NCBI GenBank assembly: GCA_013265495.1
Contig: MU058444.1
Coordinates: forward strand, 1,984,001-2,048,000
Direction: 5' to 3'
DNA length: 64,000 nt
From: Vicugna vicugna
Lineage: Eukaryota
Positions 60,185 to 64,000 of this stretch are shown here, in pieces; position 1 is the stretch's first letter; every line of letters begins with the position of its first letter. A model generated the notes under the pieces. That model did not search any database. It was not told the DNA's origin and saw only the letters and a program-made list of their open reading frames with translations. The position numbers were made by a program, and so were the translations under genes.

Positions 60185-60766
60185 TGAAGGAGAATTAATA
60201 ACACGGCCGCACTTAGGCTAACAGATTGCTTATTCTTACGCTTGCTCTCAAACTGGCCCACTAACCTGAAGGACCGGTTGCTACTCTCAGCTCCAGGACC
60301 ATTGTTAAAATGAAGCTATTAATTTTACTGTCGCTGCTTTATTCCAGTAATCAAAAGCAGAAATCATCCTTGGTTTCTGAGTCGTTCTCCGAGGAAAAGG
60401 TCACAGAATTGCAATCTTACAAAACAGCCTGAATTACCAAGAAGACCATGCCTTGGGTACTTATAAGATAGAGATGGAAAGAGTGGCAACTACTAGCCTC
60501 TGGAGACACCATGACGCCACTCTGAACCTTATGAGAAGAAAATAATTCTGTTGGTGGTTATCGATGCTTTATTGTTTGAGCTGTGGCTGTATAACCACCC
60601 TGCCCCATTCCCAAGGTGGGGTCACAGTTTTGAAGGCACTACCCGGCTGTGCGTCCCCTTTGCCCGGCAAAGTAATAAAGCTGTCTCTTTTCTTCTATGC
60701 TCTTAAGACCCTGTCTCTGAGTTTCAGTTCAGCTTGTCAGGGATGGGGGCCGACCTTTCAGCAACA
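60185..60766 (+). mobile_element. Solo ERV LTR (ERV1-like), antisense to DST
   Basis: TG...CA ends (tgaaggagaattaata...ctttcagcaaca), TATAA at 60590, AATAAA at 60674-60679, splits a MIR. Confidence 0.75.
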
Positions 60767-62703
60767 AGGGCGTAAACGCTGGGGCTGAGATTCGAACCAC
60801 GGTGGTCTGAGCCCTGCACTCGTGGTTACCCTGTCACATTGCTTGGGCTTGTCTAGGGTTTGGGCTCAAGAACTCAAAAAGAATCATGTGAGTTCACCAA
60901 AACTGGCTCAAATGCCACCACCGTCAAAAAAAAAAAAAAAGTGGTAGGTTTTAATTTACTGTTTAAACTTTTCTCCAATCTCCGACACATCGCTTTTGTA
61001 CTTCTCTAGAAAGTTTCCCTTGAGTGGAAGCAGAGGTTTAAGTCAGACAGAGTGATAAGCAAACCTTTACCTCAAGGACATCCTTTTACTCCCTTCCCCT
61101 GGCGAGGACCTTATCACTTTCTTTTGATTAGCATTTCCTTCCATTTTGTTCCTCACATTATTCATAATGCAGCCTGCATTCTCCCACGCCAACACCTGGA
61201 CAGGCTGAACAAATCTCCCTTCCTTCTCATTCTTTAAAAGAAATAAACAGGTGCTATTTTTCTCCAAGGCTGATTTGTAATGACCCAATGAGCTGTTTAT
61301 TTTAATTGCATCATGTGCCTCTATATTGGGGGATGATTATGGTGCAATAAAATAACCCAGGCGACTGGAACAGCCAAAGAGTGCCTGGGATTCCCAGACC
61401 CAGTGAGATACAAGCTTGTAGCATCTTCTGATAACTCCACATTTGTTAACTGCACATGAATAACTGCACATTGATAACTGCACGACAAGCTGCTCTGGGT
61501 TTAAACAATCCAGTGACCTGAATTCCAGCTGTACGTCTGTACAACATCTTCAAGTAAACACGCCTTTCCCCGTTTCCACGTGGCTCGTTTGGCTCAGTGT
61601 GCAATTCGAGAAAAGAAAACCAGCAGAGATGTAAGACCCTGCGTAGGCATGACACACAAAACTACATCCAGTTTCCAACTCAGATAACGGCATGTCCTGT
61701 CAGAGGAGGCAGCTGTTTTGTTTCTTTGTAAAGCACACCATCACTATTTACCAAGCTGCCTCTGTCCACTTTGATCTTTCCCAAAAGTTATGAATGGGCC
61801 CGATTTAAAAAAAAAAAAAGCAAAACCAGTATCTTTTTCAGGATATCGGTGTCTGCAAATCAGAAGAGCCAGATTTGGGGGCTTTTAACGGGAAGCACTG
61901 AATGCACACAGTTCCCACGCACTTGCTCGGGACTGAGGCTGTCCCATTATTTCCCAAATAACAATAAATGTCATTTGGATTTGCATAAGGCTGTTGGCCT
62001 TGTGAAATCAAACTTCAGTGACACAGCTTCTCACAACTGTTATTAGAATTACCATGAGAAATGTAAGCATGTCCAATCAGAACTTCTTGGAAAACTGAAT
62101 TTGCAGGATGGTTATGAAGTACATGCTAATCAGAAGGTTATCTGTATGTTTCCTTTCCTAATCTCTTCCAACCTTAACCTTTTTCCTTGTCTGACATCTT
62201 TCATGTCAAGGTTGGGAAGCCAATACCCTCTGGGATGGCGGCCTGACCATTCCCCTGAAGTCCCTCCACACCTGAATTCCAAAACGCAGGTTATCACCTT
62301 ATAAAGGAGGTAGGTCTGTTCGTAAACAAGCTTAATGTCAAAAGATTGGAACATCTTAAGAGAAATCTGCTTGGAAAGCAGCACATTCGGGGATTTTAAA
62401 TCTAGTTTCATTTCATCAGGTTATTCAGGGACAAATGATTAAATCTATACATTGGAAAATTCCCCAGTCATGTTCCAGGCACCCATCCTCACCCCATCAC
62501 TTGTGGCTGGGTAGGTGGGGGGAGGGATCTGGGAGGAGAAGCTGTCAATAAAACAAATAGATGGGCTGTGGTCAGATCACGTCCACGTTTCGGATGGAGA
62601 AGAAAAGAACAGCAGGTGATGCGTTTATATAACTTAAAACAAACAGCACAAAGTATGTGGCTGACATCCAAGTCTGAAGTTTTTTTTTTGCATCATTCTT
62701 TTT

Positions 62704-62852
62704 TTTAATATTCTTTTTTAAAAAATTTTTTGGGGGGGAGGTAATTAGGTTTACTTACTTACTTTTTTTGGAGAAGGTACTGGGGATTAAACCCAGGATC
62801 TTGGCTATGCTAAGCCATGTGCTCTACGACTTGAGCTACACCCTCCCCCTTC
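62704..62852 (-). mobile_element. Vic-1-type SINE with 15-nt TSD
   Basis: TSD tgcatcattcttttt at 62689-62703 and 62853-62867. Confidence 0.88.
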
Positions 62853-64000
62853 TGCATCATTCTTTTTGTATTTCATGGATGTATGATCATTGGGTAAACA
62901 GAAAACAAATGTTGCAGTATCAAACCGTTCTCTGGTCCCACCTAATTCCAAACATCTCTATGGGGCAAGGTTATAAAATAGTTTCAGTGACATATCAGCT
63001 CCTTAATAAACTTGAAAATTAGGGGTTTGGAAACTACTCTTTTGAGTGCAAAACTGAATTTCTGCCAAACCAGAAAGACAGGTACCGGTTTGTTCTTAAA
63101 TTTGCCTAGAGAGTAAGAGATGTTTCATGACCCTTTCAGTGCACAAGCCGTGTCTCAAAGTCCTTATGGTTGGAAATACCTTTGTTACATACCTCCATCT
63201 TGCTGAAACAGTGGCACCTTCCTTAAGATTATTGAGGGAGATTATCAAACAAAAAATCACCCCATAGGACTTTCCCTCTCTATCTGATATACAAAGAGGC
63301 ACTCCAGTGAGGTAGAACGAGATCCAGATTAAGTTCTGGTTGAAATGCCTACCGGGACTGCAGGCAAGTCACCGCATCCCACACTGTCCACGCCCCTCCC
63401 AGCCCTAAATGGTGCAGCTCAGCCTTACTGGGAAGGTCTATCTCTTTTTCTTTCCTTCTGGTTTTTTTTTTTTTTTTTGTAATTGGTTTAAGTGCTTTTC
63501 GTTGGTTTTCTTTATTACTGGGAGGTTACTTCCCTGGGAAGACTTGCAGGCATGTCAAAGGAACGCACATGTAAGTGCAGAATAAATACATACGAACAAC
63601 CAGAAGATGGCGAGACAGGGATGCCCCTAATGTTAGCTGCATGACCTTCTGGCAGAGAGATGCTTTCCCTAAACCCTCTCCATTCTCTCTCACAAGGACG
63701 GCTTGGAGGATACAGACCACAGTGTTCACACTGTCTTTCTTCCATGAGTTTTTCTGTATTCGTTGAGAAAATCCTGAAACTTTCAATAAGGGATGATTTT
63801 ATTAGGGGAAAAAAACCCCAATTATTGTTATTTTCCTAAAGATGTTTTGGGTTCTAGGAAAACACATACCAACCCGGTGACTTTCATGTTGAAAATATGT
63901 GCAAAACCTTGAATAGAACTGGGTGACAGCTTAATGACCTTGGCACAGGGCAGAGCTTTGAGCCTGTCACCTGCCTTCCTTCAAGGGACGAGCCAACCAC

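Noticed and set aside
61071..61195. Possible exon VLAWENAGCIMNNVRNKMEG... with GAG|gtaaag donor
   Set aside because: Ends in phase 2, incompatible with the phase-0 intron; purine-rich acceptor; no spectrin similarity

Overview
Mammalian genomic DNA, most likely a camelid (alpaca/camel) judging from many Vic-1-type tRNA-derived SINEs. The whole window lies inside the 3' part of the dystonin gene (DST/BPAG1, a spectraplakin) on the minus strand. I mapped 33 GT-AG coding exons from 54194 down to 861. They total 4935 nt (1645 codons), splice phases match throughout, and I saw no stop codons. They encode the C-terminal spectrin repeats, the two EF-hands, the GAR/GAS2 microtubule-binding domain (with an 18-nt FFLGNQ microexon that the ORF track misses) and the start of the GSR-rich tail. 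The upstream exons and the last exons with the stop codon lie outside the window. Introns contain Vic-1 SINEs, L1 fragments, MIR/L2 remnants, a solo ERV LTR nested in a MIR, microsatellites and a 61-bp minisatellite. There are no prokaryotic systems, CRISPR arrays or credible independent ORFs. The most unusual observations are: the minisatellite carries tandem heat-shock-element motifs; three SINEs inserted at one palindromic L1-endonuclease site; a stop-free in-frame intron separates the EF-hand and GAR exons; and several unannotated frame-preserving microexon candidates exist. All functional interpretations are hypotheses. Repeat family names and human/mouse comparisons come from memory, not from searches.
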